A stretch of 64,000 bases of DNA from Octopus vulgaris (GCA_951406725.2 OX597819.1:47988001-48052000); one strand, 5' to 3'. Shown: positions 39,534 through 53,205, counted from the first letter of the stretch. Notes: generated from the sequence alone by a model not told the origin. Numbers and translations: made by a program.

Positions 39534-41443
39534 AACTAAGTGATGGATTAAATTTTCCGCTCTAGTTGGCTATTGTAGGATTTGAACTCGGAATGCAAAA
39601 AACTGGAATACCCCAAAGCATCTCATCCAATGTTCTAATGATTCTATTAGTTTATTGCCCTAGACTGGTATTTTATTTACTGACCTAGGAAAAATGACAG
39701 GCAAAGTTTTCATCTCATCAATTATGTTTGATCTTATGTCAGTGTCAGCAATATATATTAGATTTTTAAAGTTCTTGGAATCTTTGCTTGGTCAATGTAC
39801 CATGCAGTTCTATTGTTCTGCATTGTACCTTGGCCAAGTGTCTTCTACTGCAGCTTTGAGCCAATCAATGCCTTGTAAGTGGAACTGATTGATGGAAGGT
39901 ATATAGAAACCTGTCATAAATATGTGTGTGGATGTGTACATTACCCACCTTCACATGAAACCATTGAGCAAAAAACAATGTTATATTTATAAATTGGTCT
40001 GTTACTCTGTACATTCAAAGGCAAGTGCAGTAAAAAAAAAAAAAACTGACAAGAAAGAGATATGGGTTAGTAACAGGAAAGACATCCAGTTGTAAAATAA
40101 TGCTTCATTGATCAACTTTGTGCAACCCATACAAACATTGAAAAATAGATATAAAATGAACCAAGTTTGTCTGGTGTGAGAGGATCCTGTTGACATGTTA
40201 TTTTGTATTGTTAAACTCTTTTTAAACAGAATTATGATACAGATAGTTGGTTATTGTATAACCACAGCCTGACTTTGATTTGTGCCACATAAGTAGTAAG
40301 CCAGATGATTCGGCTCACCTTTTTTAAAATAGCAGAGATGTTTGAAGGAGATTCAGCTGTTATTTCTAGCATAAGGGCTTCTTATTTAGTTCCAAGTTGG
40401 CTATGATCATCCTGTCATTTTTTTTTTTTCAGGAATAGTGTACCTCATTATCCCGATGTACTCTTTTTTTTTTTAAGATGGCATGATTTGAGAAAGACTT
40501 TTTGCTGCTATTTCTTATAGGTCAAACAATCATATAGAAAGTCCTGAATGAGAAGCTAAATAGTAAATCACCTGTCTTGTCAAACATTTTCCTCCTCTTC
40601 CTTTCATGCAATTTGGTTTGTGCTTTTTGATTGAAAGTAAATTTGAAAAAAGTTAAAACTGACAAATTTAAATTCAAATTCCAGATAGAAATTTTTTTCA
40701 TTAAGTTGATTGCCGTATTTAATTTCACTTCAAATATCATTTGTATCTTTGGATTTTTTCGCAATAATGTTGATCTGAAATAGCATGTTGAAACTGATAT
40801 TATTACATCCTGGAAGAGTTCACCTGGAAAACTTATAAACACACTGACATGTGATTAAGCTTTCTGTCGCTTCCCAACTACATGATTTCAAGTCCAGTTC
40901 CACTACATGGCACCTTGGGCTAGTGTCTTCTACTATAGCTCCAGGCAGACAAAAGCCTTGTGAGTGGATATTATAGATGAAAACTGAAAGAATCCCATTG
41001 TGTATACAGCTATATGTGGCCTTGTGGTTAGGGTGTTGCACTTACAATTGTGAGATTGTGGTTTCAATTCTCAAACCAACTGTGCATTGTGCTTTCGAGC
41101 AAAACACTTCATTCCACATTGCTCCAGTCCACTTACCTGTAAATGGGTAACCCTGCAACAAACTGGCATTCTATTCAGTGGGAATGTTGGCCTGCCTGTC
41201 TAGCTAGTAGAGTGTGGCATCATTCAGCAATAAAACACATTGTGATCAGTGGTGTGTAGCAACATCTGATAGTTTGGTTGATACCGTTTGTGTGTGTATG
41301 TATATATTTCTCATTGTGTTCAATGTTTTTTTGATGTCTTGTACCCATATATGCATGTATATATACATATATATGTAGGTATGTACATATATGTATGTAT
41401 ATATGCACATATTTATATATTATTTATATTATATATATATATA

Positions 41444-41797
41444 GGTGTAGGAGTGGCTGTGTGGTAAGTAGCTTGCTTACGAACCACATGGTGCCAGGTT
41501 CAGTCCCACTGCATGGCACCTTGGGCAAGTGTCTTCTACTATAGCCTCGGGCTGACCAAAGCCTTCTGAGCTGATTTGGTAGAAGGAAACTGAAAGAAGC
41601 CTGTGTTTGTTCCCCCCAACATCACTTGACAACTGAATGCTGGTGTGTTTACATCCCCGTAACTTAGCGGTTCGGCAAAAGAAACTGATAGAATAAGTAC
41701 TAGGCTTACAAAGAATAAGTCCTGGGGTCGATTTACTCGACTAAAGGTGGTGCTCCAGCATGGCCGCAGTTACATGACTGAAACCAGTAAAAGAGTA
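41444..41797 (+). mobile_element. Full-length tRNA-derived SINE (family 1)
   Basis: Colinear with 22141-22540. Confidence 0.9.
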
Positions 41798-42617
41798 ATA
41801 TATATGCACATGTGTGTGTATATTTGTGTCTTCTTGTCTTGACATCTTACAATAGTTGAAAACGGGTGTCAGTGTCATGCAGAAATATTGCTTTGCTTGG
41901 TAACAGATGTGGGTTCACGACAGGAAAGAAAATCTGCCTCAATAACTCTGTCTGATCCATGCAAGCAGTGAAAAGTGGATGTTAATATGATGATGATGCT
42001 TCTAAGATTTTTTCCTTGATGATATATTGTTGTTAGGAACTGGTTGCAAGGATCTGGTCTTGTACAGTGATTATAGGGCCCTCTGTTTCTGCTTTTTTAG
42101 TTCCATGCGCTTTAGCTTCTAGGTGTGTCTTCATTTGGTCCACATCGTGCCTCTTGCATCCTTTTTAGGTACTTACCATGAATTAATTTGTCTTCCCAAG
42201 TTTTCTCTAGTTGCTGATGGCCATGGTATTTTGCTAAGCATCCAGTACATTCTCTTTAAAGGGGTTGGCTTTAGGAAGGGTATCCAGCTGCGGAAACCAC
42301 GTTGAAGCTGACATTAGAGATTGGCACTGTTCTCTGGCTTTCCAGTCCAGCCCATGCCAGCCTGGAAAACAGATGCTGAATGGTGGTGGCAATGACAATA
42401 ATGATAATGATGATGATCCACTTGTTTGACATTGATGGTAGTCGCCTTGTGTCCCGTTGAGTGTATTCTTAGGCTTTCACAATATAACAATATAGGTGCT
42501 GGAGTGACCGTGTGATAAGAAGCTTTCTTCCCAACTACATGATTCCAGGTTCAGTCCCACTGTGTGGCACCTTGGGCAAGTGTCTTGTAATAATAATAAT
42601 ATTAAAAATATTTCAAA

Positions 42618-42669
42618 ATGGCTTAAGCTTTGAGACAAGCATATGACTACTGGCAGGATCAACCAGCTA
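42618..42669 (-). pseudogene. 5'-terminal fragment of 18S rRNA (about 52 nt)
   Basis: The reverse complement reads TAGCTGGTTGATCCTGCCAGTAGTCATATGCTTGTCTCAAAGCTTAAGCCAT. This is the conserved 18S 5' end (TACCTGGTTGATCCTGCCAGTAGTCATATGCTTGTCTCAAAGATTAAGCCAT) with 2 differences. Confidence 0.93.
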
Positions 42670-42734
42670 TCATTGCGATTCAGCAGTCGTACGCTGTTCC
42701 GCTGCTGCCGTTACTCGGTTTCCATTTCGATTCA
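42670..42734 (-). other. Probable 5' external transcribed spacer adjoining the 18S fragment
   Basis: GC/CpG-rich non-SINE segment directly upstream (on the minus strand) of the 18S start. ETS identity is inferred from position only. Confidence 0.55.
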
Positions 42735-42831
42735 TTGTGAGTGGATTCGATTCACAGAAACTGAAAGAAGTTTGTTATATTACATAAAATAAAATAAAAT
42801 AATTAAAAATCAATATGATGATCCTAATTAA

Positions 42832-42951
42832 GCTTACGACCATATAACGTTGAAAACACCGGTTCTCGTCCGATCACCGAAGTTAAGCAACATCGAGCCT
42901 AGTTAGTACTTAGATGGGTGACCGCTTGGGAAACCTAGGTGCTGTAAGCAT
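42832..42951 (+). rRNA. 5S rRNA, full-length dispersed copy (gene or retropseudogene)
   Basis: GCTTACGACCATATAACGTTGAAAACACCGGTTCTCGTCCGATCACCGAAGTTAAGCAAC...AGTACTTAGATGGGTGACCGCTTGGGAAACCTAGGTGCTGTAAGCAT is 120 nt with helix I ends GCTTAC/GTAAGC, box A at +50 and a box C-like segment. Only TTT occurs at its 3' end, so there is no T4 Pol III terminator. Confidence 0.93.
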
Positions 42952-45343
42952 TTCCTCAAGGTGGTGCCCCAGCATGACTGCAGTCTAATGACTGAAACAA
43001 GTAAAAGGTAAAAAGGTAAAAGATATATATATTTGTGTGTGTGTCTGTGATTGTCCTCCCACCTTTGCTTGACAACCAATGTTGGTGTGTTTACATCCCT
43101 GTAACTTAGCGGTTCAGCAAAAGAGACCAATAGAATAAGTATTAAGCTTACAAAATATAAATCCTGGGGTTGATTTGTTCGACTAAAGGTGGTGCTCCAG
43201 CATGGCCGCAGTCAAATGACTGAAACAAGTAAAAGAATAAAAGGTAAAAGAATCCCATTTGATATCTGAAAAATTTTGCTTCATTATTTTGGCTGATAGT
43301 TGATTGTTGCTCAGTAGTATTTGTTTAATTAAATCATCGTCTTATTGCTAACTATTTCTACTAGATTCATTTGAGAACTGGAAAATAAGATGGTTTTTAT
43401 TTTTCATTTTCTTAATTTTTGTCCTATGCTGCACCCATACTTCAAGAATACACATTTTCTACATCTTTCAGTATATATAATTATAAATGTTGCTTTTCAT
43501 AGAAATATTGTAATGTTTGATGATAATTGCTGAAATTATAATCTTCTCAATAGCTTAATTAGGATCATCATATTGATTTTTATTTATTTTATTTTATTTT
43601 CTGTAATTTTACAAATAATTTCTCCCTCTCTTTCTTTTTCCCTCTCTGATAATTAATGACTTTTGTTCTTAGCTTAATTTACTCTAGCAGAATGTATTCA
43701 ACTAGAGTTTTCTTCCTTATTCAAATGTGAAACAAACAATATACAAAACAACTTATATATATATATATATATGATGATGATGATGATGATATAGGAATAG
43801 AGAGAATGTTGTGATGCTAATTATGAATATCACAATATGTTTCAGGGAAAAATATGTCTGAAGAGCATTTTGCACACTAAATACAGATTTAGCAGGGTCT
43901 CTTCTGGCGTTATAGATACTTTGAACTGAGCTGGAATGATTGTTTGTCCATTATTTTGCTTTACTTTTAATGCTAGTTGCTCGCAAGTGTTTCCCAACCT
44001 TTTGGAGCTTGGTGTTTTACAACTGCCTCCTAAACCCTATTATATGTTCTTATACTATTCCATTCAGCATGTGTCACTTTTTAAATGTTTGCATGGACTA
44101 GTGTTCTTTATATTAAATTTTCATGAAAATTACTGAAGAAGGCAAGGGTTCATTGAATGAAATTATTCTGAACCTTAATGTGTTGTCAGTCACATTCTAG
44201 TCCTGACAAATGAGCTTACAATGTTAACCTCCTTGGTTAAGAATCATTAATCTTAATATGAATTTATTTTGTCTGTAGGTTTAATGAAAATAAGCCCCTT
44301 CATTTACATTACTACCCACTGCCCAACATGTCTGCTCAGCTAGTGCTGACCATAGCTGTTAAAACAATAATCAAAATAGTTGAAAATGTATGGTTTTACT
44401 GAATAATTCAAGATATGCCATAATTATGGCAGTTTCTGAAATATATACGCTTTTACTGTTGTTAAAACCATCTGAAGATCATTGACTAATATGTTGTGTT
44501 TATTTTGTGAAGAGAAAGAAGCTACTTCCTTGAGAAATGGCTAATTATTTGATTTCTCTTGAGCCCAAGATCTCCCAAATCTCAACTTCGTCTTTCATCC
44601 TTCCAGAATTAATAAAGTAGGTACCAGTCAAGTATTTGAGTCAATAAACTGATCGCTTCCATCCTTAAAATATGTGACCCTGTTGTAAATCAATAATAAA
44701 ACCAGAAATTGTTGTATTTTTATCCTTTCTTTCTTACAATCAATATTTACAGTGTTGTTTAACTTCAGATTTACTCTAATCAAGCAGGTCTATGATTAAA
44801 GCAATCCAACCATGATCATCCAATCTTATTTTAAGACATGTATCCAATACTACATTACCTAATGTCTTTCTTTAAAATGGTATGGTATAAAAGCTTGTTG
44901 TAGTTATCATACCAGTAAATAATAAGGATACATGAAGATAAATAATTAGGTCAACACATTTTGGGGATGGGTGATTTGTGATGATTAAGGCCATCCTTTT
45001 TGATTTCACCATCATTTGCCTCTAATAACAATGCACCATTCTCATATATTTGGTTTCTTTAGTTATTTTTAATTTGTCATTATTTATGTTTTTGAGTACA
45101 AATCCCTTTCATGTTGACTTTAATTCCCCTTCCTGGGGTTAATAAAATAAACTCCAGTAAAGTATTGGGGTTGATTTGATTGGTTGTACCCCCCTCTAAA
45201 TTTGTTTTGTTAAAATCAATATTACTATTGGTGGGACTGTTACAATGTCAGATAGAATTCCTTGCTGTATTTCTTCTGGCTTTTTATACTCTGAATTGAA
45301 ATCCTACTGAGGCCAGTTTTGCCTTCCATACTTCTGGGTTGAT

Positions 45344-45443
45344 NNNNNNNNNNNNNNNNNNNNNNNNNNNNNNNNNNNNNNNNNNNNNNNNNNNNNNNNN
45401 NNNNNNNNNNNNNNNNNNNNNNNNNNNNNNNNNNNNNNNNNNN
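45344..45443. other. Assembly gap (100 N)
   Basis: Run of N flanked by oppositely oriented family-2 SINE fragments. Confidence 1.
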
Positions 45444-45835
45444 TTTATCAGCCTTGAAAAGATGAAAGACAAAGTTGTTTGACCTTGGTGGAATTTGAAC
45501 CTAGAAATTAAATAGACAGAACAAATGCTGCTAAGCATTTTGTCTGATGTGCTATTGATTATACCAACTCGCCACCTTATGAATCTACATAATTAACATA
45601 ATAATGTTTTCAAATTTCACATAAGGCCAGCAGTTTTTAAAGAGAGGAGTATAGTCAATTACATTGATCCTAGTGCTCAACAGGTGTTTACTTTATCAAC
45701 TTTGTATAGATGAAAAGCAAAGCCAACCTCAGCATGGTTCAACATAGAGCTAGAAAAAATACCACTAAGCATTTTGTCTAACAAAAAGATTCCACTAGCT
45801 CACTGTCTTAATAATAATAATAATGATAATAATAA

Positions 45836-46160
45836 AACAAGTCACAACCCTTTGGCATTTTCCATTCAACACTGAAAAAACAATCCAGGCTAATTAACCA
45901 GACATGATTATTAAAGAAAAGGGAGAAAATACTTGTAAACTGATAGATGTAAGTGTCCTCAGTTTTAAGAATATGTTTCTCAAGAAATTTGACAAGCTTA
46001 GTAAATACAAGGACCTGAAAATTGAAATATAAAAGATGATATATCTTAAAGCAAAAACTGTCCCTATTATTGTAGGTTTGATATGATAAAAAAGAGATAT
46101 CAGAAACATCTAGACAACATCCCAGGAGAACCATATCTCACAGAAATGCAAGAAAAACCT
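45836..46160 (+). mobile_element. R4/Dong-like non-LTR retrotransposon, restriction-like endonuclease 3' fragment
   Basis: TLWHFPFNTEKTIQAN*PDMIIKEK..CKLIDVSV...KLSKYKDLKIEI...TVPIIVG matches the PD..D..K..KY RLE motif. It is preceded by (TAA)n. Confidence 0.75.
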
Positions 46161-49100
46161 TATCAACTTAAATGTTTCTCTTGTGTTGTATTATATGACT
46201 GTATTTTTGTACTGCCCCCTGCACTTTCCTTCCCCCAACTTTCAGTTATATCTAAACATCTCTCTATCTTCACTTGTCAAGGGCACTGGATGTAACCTGG
46301 CAAGTGATTGATTGCATCAGATGTGTAGATTAAAAGGAAAATGATGATGATAATAAGCCTTTCTACTGTAGGCTCAAGGCCTGAAATTTTAAGGGAGGGA
46401 GGATAATCAATTACATCAACCCCAGTATTTGACTGGTACTTTATTTTATCAACCCTGAAAGGATGAAAGGTAAAGTCAGTCCTGGCAGAATTTGAACTTA
46501 GGCAGTAAAGACAGGCAAAATGCTGCTAAACATTTTGTCTAGTGTGCTGATGATTCTGCCAGCTTGCTGCATTAATAATAATAATAACAATAATGATAAT
46601 TTGGGTACAAGGCCTAAATACTCGGGGGGCGGGTGCAAGTCGATTACATCGACCCCAGTACTCAGCAGGTCCTTATTTTATCGACCCCAAAAGGATGTAA
46701 GGCAAAGTTGACCCCGGCGGAATTTGAACTCAGAACAGAAAGACAAACGAATAATGATAGTAATAAAATTTGTAAAATACAATATAAAGATTGCATGTTG
46801 TGGGAATGGGAAGAAGTGAGTTCTAATCATTGAGGCAGCACTGAAAGCAAAACCCCCATCAAATTTTAGAATTCGTCTATCTTGATAGCATACTTATTTT
46901 ATGAAATATGTTAATCATGTAGACTGAACTGAATTAATTCTAATGTTATAATCAATATATAGTATGGTCTGTAGTTTAAAATTATCTTTTAAAGTGAAGC
47001 TAACAATGATTTGGTTAATTTTTATAATGATACAGTAATGGCGAAGAATGCTTATAATTAAGTAATTGAAATGTCTAGTGTTGAAATTATTATTGATATT
47101 GTTATTGTGTGTGTGTGTGCTTACATTGATCATTTAGTTCACTTGAGGTTTCATATAAATTATTTATGAAAATATTTACTTATCACATATTGCTATTTAA
47201 AGGTGATACAAACAACATTAATTTCTATCTTATTTTTAGAAGATTGCTAAATTGTTTAATGGAAATTTTTTCCTTTGCTTTACTAAAGACAATTTACAAG
47301 AAATTTATAGAAATACGTTGTTTACAATAGACATACTTTTGTTTTTAACTAGCAGCAAAGTATATTGTACAGTTATGCAGGCAGATGATAGAAACATACT
47401 CATAAGTAAATGCTTATAATGTATTTCATATTTCACTGTGTGTAGGTTGTATTATTCACTAATAACAGATAGACATGCTAAGAATATTTATTTAATTTGA
47501 CTACATTTGAAGAGTCTATTCTTTGTACAAGATTGTGTGGTGGGCTGACATTTTGATCAGTTTTCTGTTGAACATTTTGTAATATATGTGATATATCAGG
47601 AAGTATTCATATCTAGGAACCTAAAAGAATGTTTAACTATTAGTGCGGAAACTTAAAAACTGAAAGATGATCTATGCCAGTTAACTGATGTTCTTTGATT
47701 TCTGTATTTGTTTGAAGAAATAGGTGTGTTTTAAACTACCCATGAATTTTTTTTTAAAAACTTGGTTTAAAATATTTCCTAAAGATTAGCTTCATTATTT
47801 TAAAATGAAAAGGTCTTTAAAGGATCAGCCTGCCACTACAATGAAGCACTCTTGAAAAGCAGTTTGAGAGAGAAAATTATGTATGTATATATTTATATAA
47901 AATACTCCAATTACTTCAAAAAATATAACCTACTTTTCAATCTTTAAGTTTCACTCCAATATGTTAAAGCATTCTTTATGATCATAGATTAACATTTCCC
48001 AAACACTACAAATTTAATAGAAACATGATCGAAATTTCATACTCTATCACACATAATTTTGCACATACAATAACATCTTTAAATGTAGCCAGTTTAAGAA
48101 ATAGTCATACAAACAATACAGGACCCTGTGCCAATTGCAACTGCACTAACAGCAGTCTATGTCCTTTCAGACAACTATTCCTAACCAAAGGTTACTTGTG
48201 AAAACTAGCTCTTGTTTGTTATCATTCTGAAAATGCGAAACTTTGATGCTTTTAGAGTTGTTTAAAAGAATAGATTTTAATATAATGTAGTTTTAACAGA
48301 ATATCTAATTGAAATTATGTCAATTGGTGCATTAGGTTGGCTGTTTTAGCTTCAAGTATTTCTTGACACCAGAGCTTGTCAGTAAGGTACTGGGTGACTA
48401 AATGAGAGGTCAGAAGTTTACATTCTGTCACTCATGTTGACAGGATGTGACCATGGTCAAGACACTTGTCCATTAATACCTATCTCTAAATAAGTATCCC
48501 TATTGGTACAATTCACCACTGCAAACAGTAGTAACAGTATTGTATGTAGGGTACTTTCCTATTACTGACAGCTGATTTCTTATTTACTAAAGGATTAGTA
48601 AATAAACTATTGCTCTTTGATTTGATTCTTTGCCTTTTTTCCTTCTCCATAAGGTAGTGATAGCTGTTCCAAAAGTCTGCCAATCAACTATTACACCTAC
48701 CTCATGAGTGTAAAAGTTTATTTTCTAATCCTTTAGTATATATAAAATTGACTTTTGATAATAGGAAAGTACTCATAGTTAGTCTGTTGGCTTGCACTAC
48801 TGAGTTCAGTTCTTTCTGTGAAAAAAGTTACCTGCAATAGACCAAAATCCTAGCCAGGAAGGAGATTTAGCTATCATGTTTGCTAACAGAAGCTTGATTT
48901 GTGAACTGACCTTTGCTACCTGTGTTCAATTCCTGTTTGTGTTCCACCACCACCAGTTGTGCTGTACCCATCAGTAAAAATCTTTAAAAATTTTTGTTAA
49001 CAATTCCAATTCCATTTTATTAAGTCCATTAATTTAAATATGCATTCACCCATGCTAGCTGTGTGTATATGTATATTTCAAAGAGACACACAGCCCTTGT

Positions 49101-52100
49101 GTTAAGCAAGCTACTTGTCCAGATCAGCCCTGATAATGACAGTACAAATCTTATATTTAATTTCCTTTCAGTTTTGCATGTTTGGTTAATTGGCTGAATT
49201 CTGTTAATCAATTTTGATATTTTGCCATTCCTCTAAGTTTGTTGAGTTAGTGTAGATAAATAATGTTAACTGAGCATAATATGAGTTGGCTTAGCCGTCA
49301 TCAAAATAATGAAGGTATTATTGAATGTTGTAAAACAGATATTTATACATTAAAGTTTCAAATTAAATATTTAGATGTTCAGTATAGAATAAATATTTTA
49401 GTCCATTTATCAAAGATATTTGGCTGAGATAAAAGAAAAGAGAGAGACAGAGAAATGACTGAACAATTTATCAACCATAGTCTGTCATTTTCCTTGGTTT
49501 CTTGCTGTTGGAGGATAATTCTTTTTAACTGAGCATAATTGTTCTAGGAAGTAGACTCTAGTCACGTGGCCCCAGCACATTAAGTTTTATGAGGATTTGC
49601 CTTTCTAGTAAGTGCTGGGGTACTTACACAGACGTTGAAGCTTCTGTAACAGCTAATAAGATTACTGTTACTGACATGACTCATCATCAGCCTTACCATC
49701 CGCCACCGCCACAACCGGTTATATATTTTATCTAGGTTTACTTACTAATAGTACCTTTTTTCTTACCGAGAATGAATTTCAGATGTTTATTTATAGTTGC
49801 ATTCCACCAATATTTTTGTTTGTTTTCAACAATAAATAGTCTGTTTATTTTTGCTACTATTTATTTATTTTATTTATCTATCTATCTATTTTCTGGATGA
49901 AGATCTGATAATGAGATCTGTATTGACATCAAAGAAAATCAGGAATTAATACTATGTTTAATGCTACTCATTACATTTGGAAAATTTTTACGAATGATCA
50001 TCATTGATCTTGTGGTCTAGCTTCTCTGCTTTGATAGCTTTGATACTCCAAGTTTTCACATCATGTGTAAGTGAGCCATAAAAGCTTGCTATACATGTCA
50101 AGTTTACTTCAGCTTACTTTTCATCTTTCCTCCACCATTTTGAGCATTGTCTATTTCCCGTTTTTATAGCCGTTTAAGTCGTCTTTGTTTTGTCGTTTAC
50201 TTCAAAAGGAAAATATATTTAATTGATCTGTCATTTGCTCCTATTTTGTTCGTTTGTTTATATTCTGCTCTGCTGTACGGATTGAATAAATAAGTTATCG
50301 TATGGATTATTTTATGGTCGGATGACTTTCCTAGCATCAACCTATTTAATTTACTGAGAATTCGACCATTTTCTAGGTAGACTCAATAATATGCTTGAAG
50401 GTACAATAAATAAATAAATATAAATAATTAAACATATCTAAGACCAAGTTTGAATCTTTGGCCTAAAGGCCTGCTGTACTTAGTGATTAATGAGAAATTT
50501 AATACCCCAGTTTTAAAATGGATACTAGAAGCTATTTTCCTAGCTATAAAATTCCGCAAGCAGTCGATTGATTCTTCAGTTAAGTTACAATTGATAGCTA
50601 TTATAGGTTTTTTTTTTTTTTTGCTTTTTCTTTAGCTTACTTTTAACTTTCTGAGATGAATAAAATATTCGTTTATTGCTTAGACATCGACCTAATTATT
50701 CTCTCTTCATTGCTTTTGCTTGACATGTTCTTTGCACTTCAGCCTTCACATTTTTCATACTTTTGACATACATTAACGCATTGCAACATTCTTCTTAACA
50801 CTGTAGAAATGAGGCAAGGCACAGATGAATGTCACATAATCCCCCCCCCCCCCTTTTCTACGAAGATAAAAACTTAACCTATGTAAGAAAGCTTTAAGTA
50901 AGACAAATTGCTTGTTTCTGATTAACCAGAACTGTACCACCCTCATTACCCATCTACAGTGTGTTTATTGTTTTGGAAATAGTCGGTGAAAATTGTTAGC
51001 ACTTCGTAGATGGCTATCTCTAGGTTAGTTTTAAAAAGTCATTTTTTAAAAACAATTTTCATCATTAAAATCCTTTTGTACACTAAATAGACTTGGCTGC
51101 ATCAAACATTGTCTAAATTAAGACTCTTGAAATTAATCACATAAAAAAAAAAACAACAACTTAAAAAATAAAGTATGGTGCAGAAAATTTTAATAGCACT
51201 TGAATGAAAAAATATTACCTAAAAATTTGAAACATTCTTTAAAAAATATGGTTTAATGTAAAAATATATTCTAAGATATTGGAATTGATTTGGGCTTGAA
51301 TGAACCTCTACATATATCTTGGTTTGGATTAAAAGTAAAAACAAACGACAAAAAGATATTTGTCTTCATTTATATGTATATTTTATTCTTTGGCTGTTGG
51401 CAGTAGCTGTGTGTGTTACTGAAGACTATTTCAATTTGGTGGAATGCTTTCATCCATAAATACTTTCTTTTCACATGACCTCCATTTAGTTTTTTGTTTA
51501 TATATATTATTTTATTTTTGCAGCACTATAGAGTTAGTATTGGAATAAATTTATACTTTAATATTGTTAGTTAGAATTATTGATTTCACAGGATATCCTA
51601 ATAATAATAATAATAACCATCATCATCAGCTTTGAGAAAGTATATAAAAAAAAATAATCAATGAATCGGTGTTTTTGTATACAACTCATGGTGTACAAAT
51701 ACTGTACTGCTTTCAGTTTTTGAATAGGTTTATTAGCTAAAAATGTCTCAAAGTGTTTTGATTCAAGCCAAGTAATTGCATGTATAAATTACATATAAAC
51801 AAACTGGAGTATAAAATTTGACTTTCTGCAATTTAAAATAAATTTCAAAATTCTGTAGAGCCTAAATTAGTCATAAGTGACAAATGTCTGTTTGAAAATT
51901 ATTATTATTATTGTCTGTCTGAGCCAACTTTTCACTTTTGTAGTTCCAAATTTCATAAAGTATGCACCAGTCCTGCACTAGAGGTTACTATCAGTCAACT
52001 ATTAGGGTAGATGTAAGTACCAGTCAAGTACTAAGGTCGATGTCATCAACTATCTTCCTCCCCCAAATTTCAGGCCTCGTGCGTATAATAGAAGTGATTA

Positions 52101-52477
52101 TTACTACTGCTACTATTGTATGCTAATTTAGTTAGCAGGTATTTTATCTTGTGCTTTGGTGACAAGTCTCCTCAAATCTCAAGAATTTTTCTTAGGATTC
52201 TTGCAGAATACAAGATGGTACTCTTTTGTAGTTCGACAATGCAAATTCCAATTCCAGTTTCTTTCAGTCTTTTAGGTAACGCTTAGTAGTATTTTGTTTG
52301 CTGCTACGTTTTGAGTTCAAATTCCGCCAAGGTCAATTTTGCCTTTCATCCTTTGAAGGTCGATAAATTAAGTACCAGTTGCGTACTGGAGTTGATCTAA
52401 TTGACTGGTTCCCTCCCCAAAAATTTCGAGCCATGTGCCTAGAGTAGAAAAGATTATTATTATTATTTTCATCTTTT

Positions 52478-52805
52478 GCCACTACAGGAATAATTGTTGT
52501 TTTGGTCTTCCACAATCTCCTCAGCTTTTTGGTATTGATGCTGCTATCACAGGGAATTTGATCTTGCACTATTTGTTTATTTTGTCCTCTATAACCATGT
52601 CTGGTCTTCTTGCCTCAGTAGTATGGTCAGTCTTTATAGTGAAGTCCCGTGAGATCTTGTAACTCTCATTTTCTGTTACAGCTTCTGGTTGGTGTTCATG
52701 CCACTTTTCTGTTGTTTTGGAACAACGTTCTCGACTAACATCCCAAATGCACTCTTTTTTGCCTATGCAGTCATGTCTGCAGTTGTATTCCTTTTGAGCT
52801 AATAC
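52478..52805 (-). mobile_element. R4/Dong-like RLE fragment
   Basis: LAQKEYNCRHD...WHEHQPEAVTENESYKISRDFTIKTDHTTEARRPDMVIEDK, then LRRLWKTKTTIIPVV. Confidence 0.78.
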
Positions 52806-52822
52806 ATTATTAACATTATTAT

Positions 52823-53000
52823 AAGGTGGCGAGCTGGCAGAATCGTTAGCATGCCGGGCGAAAAGCTTTGTGGTATTTTGTTTGCTGCTACGTTCTGAGT
52901 TCAAATTCCGCCAAAGTCATCTTTGCCTTTCATCTTTTCAGGGTCGATAAATTAAGTACCAAAATTTTGTGCCTTGTGCCTAGAGTAGAAAAGATTATTA
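52823..53000 (+). mobile_element. tRNA-derived SINE family 2 (central domain resembling the Meta/MESC domain), (ATT)n tail
   Basis: A box TGGCAGAATCG, B box GAGTTCAAATTCC, then TTTGCCTTTCATC..GGGTCGATAAATTAAGTACC. Many copies occur in clusters at 19570-20620 (-), 38410-38630 (-), 45444-46750 (-), 52300-54010 (+) and 57320-58760 (+). Confidence 0.8.
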
Positions 53001-53163
53001 TCATCATCCATCATCATCATCAACAACAAGGTGGAAAGCTGGCAGAATATTTAGTGACATTTCATTTGTCTTTACGGGCTAAGTTCAAATTGTTGAGATC
53101 AACTTTACTTTTTCATCCTTTTGAGGTCCCCCAAATTGCCGCTTTTGTGGAAAAATTTGGAAC

Positions 53164-53205
<42 letters not shown>

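Larger units (their letters stand above)
42495..43250 (+). mobile_element. tRNA-derived SINE interrupted by rRNA-derived inserts
   Basis: Head 42495-42586, middle 42735-42780 and body/tail about 43030-43250 are colinear with the intact copy at 22141-22540. Confidence 0.8.
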
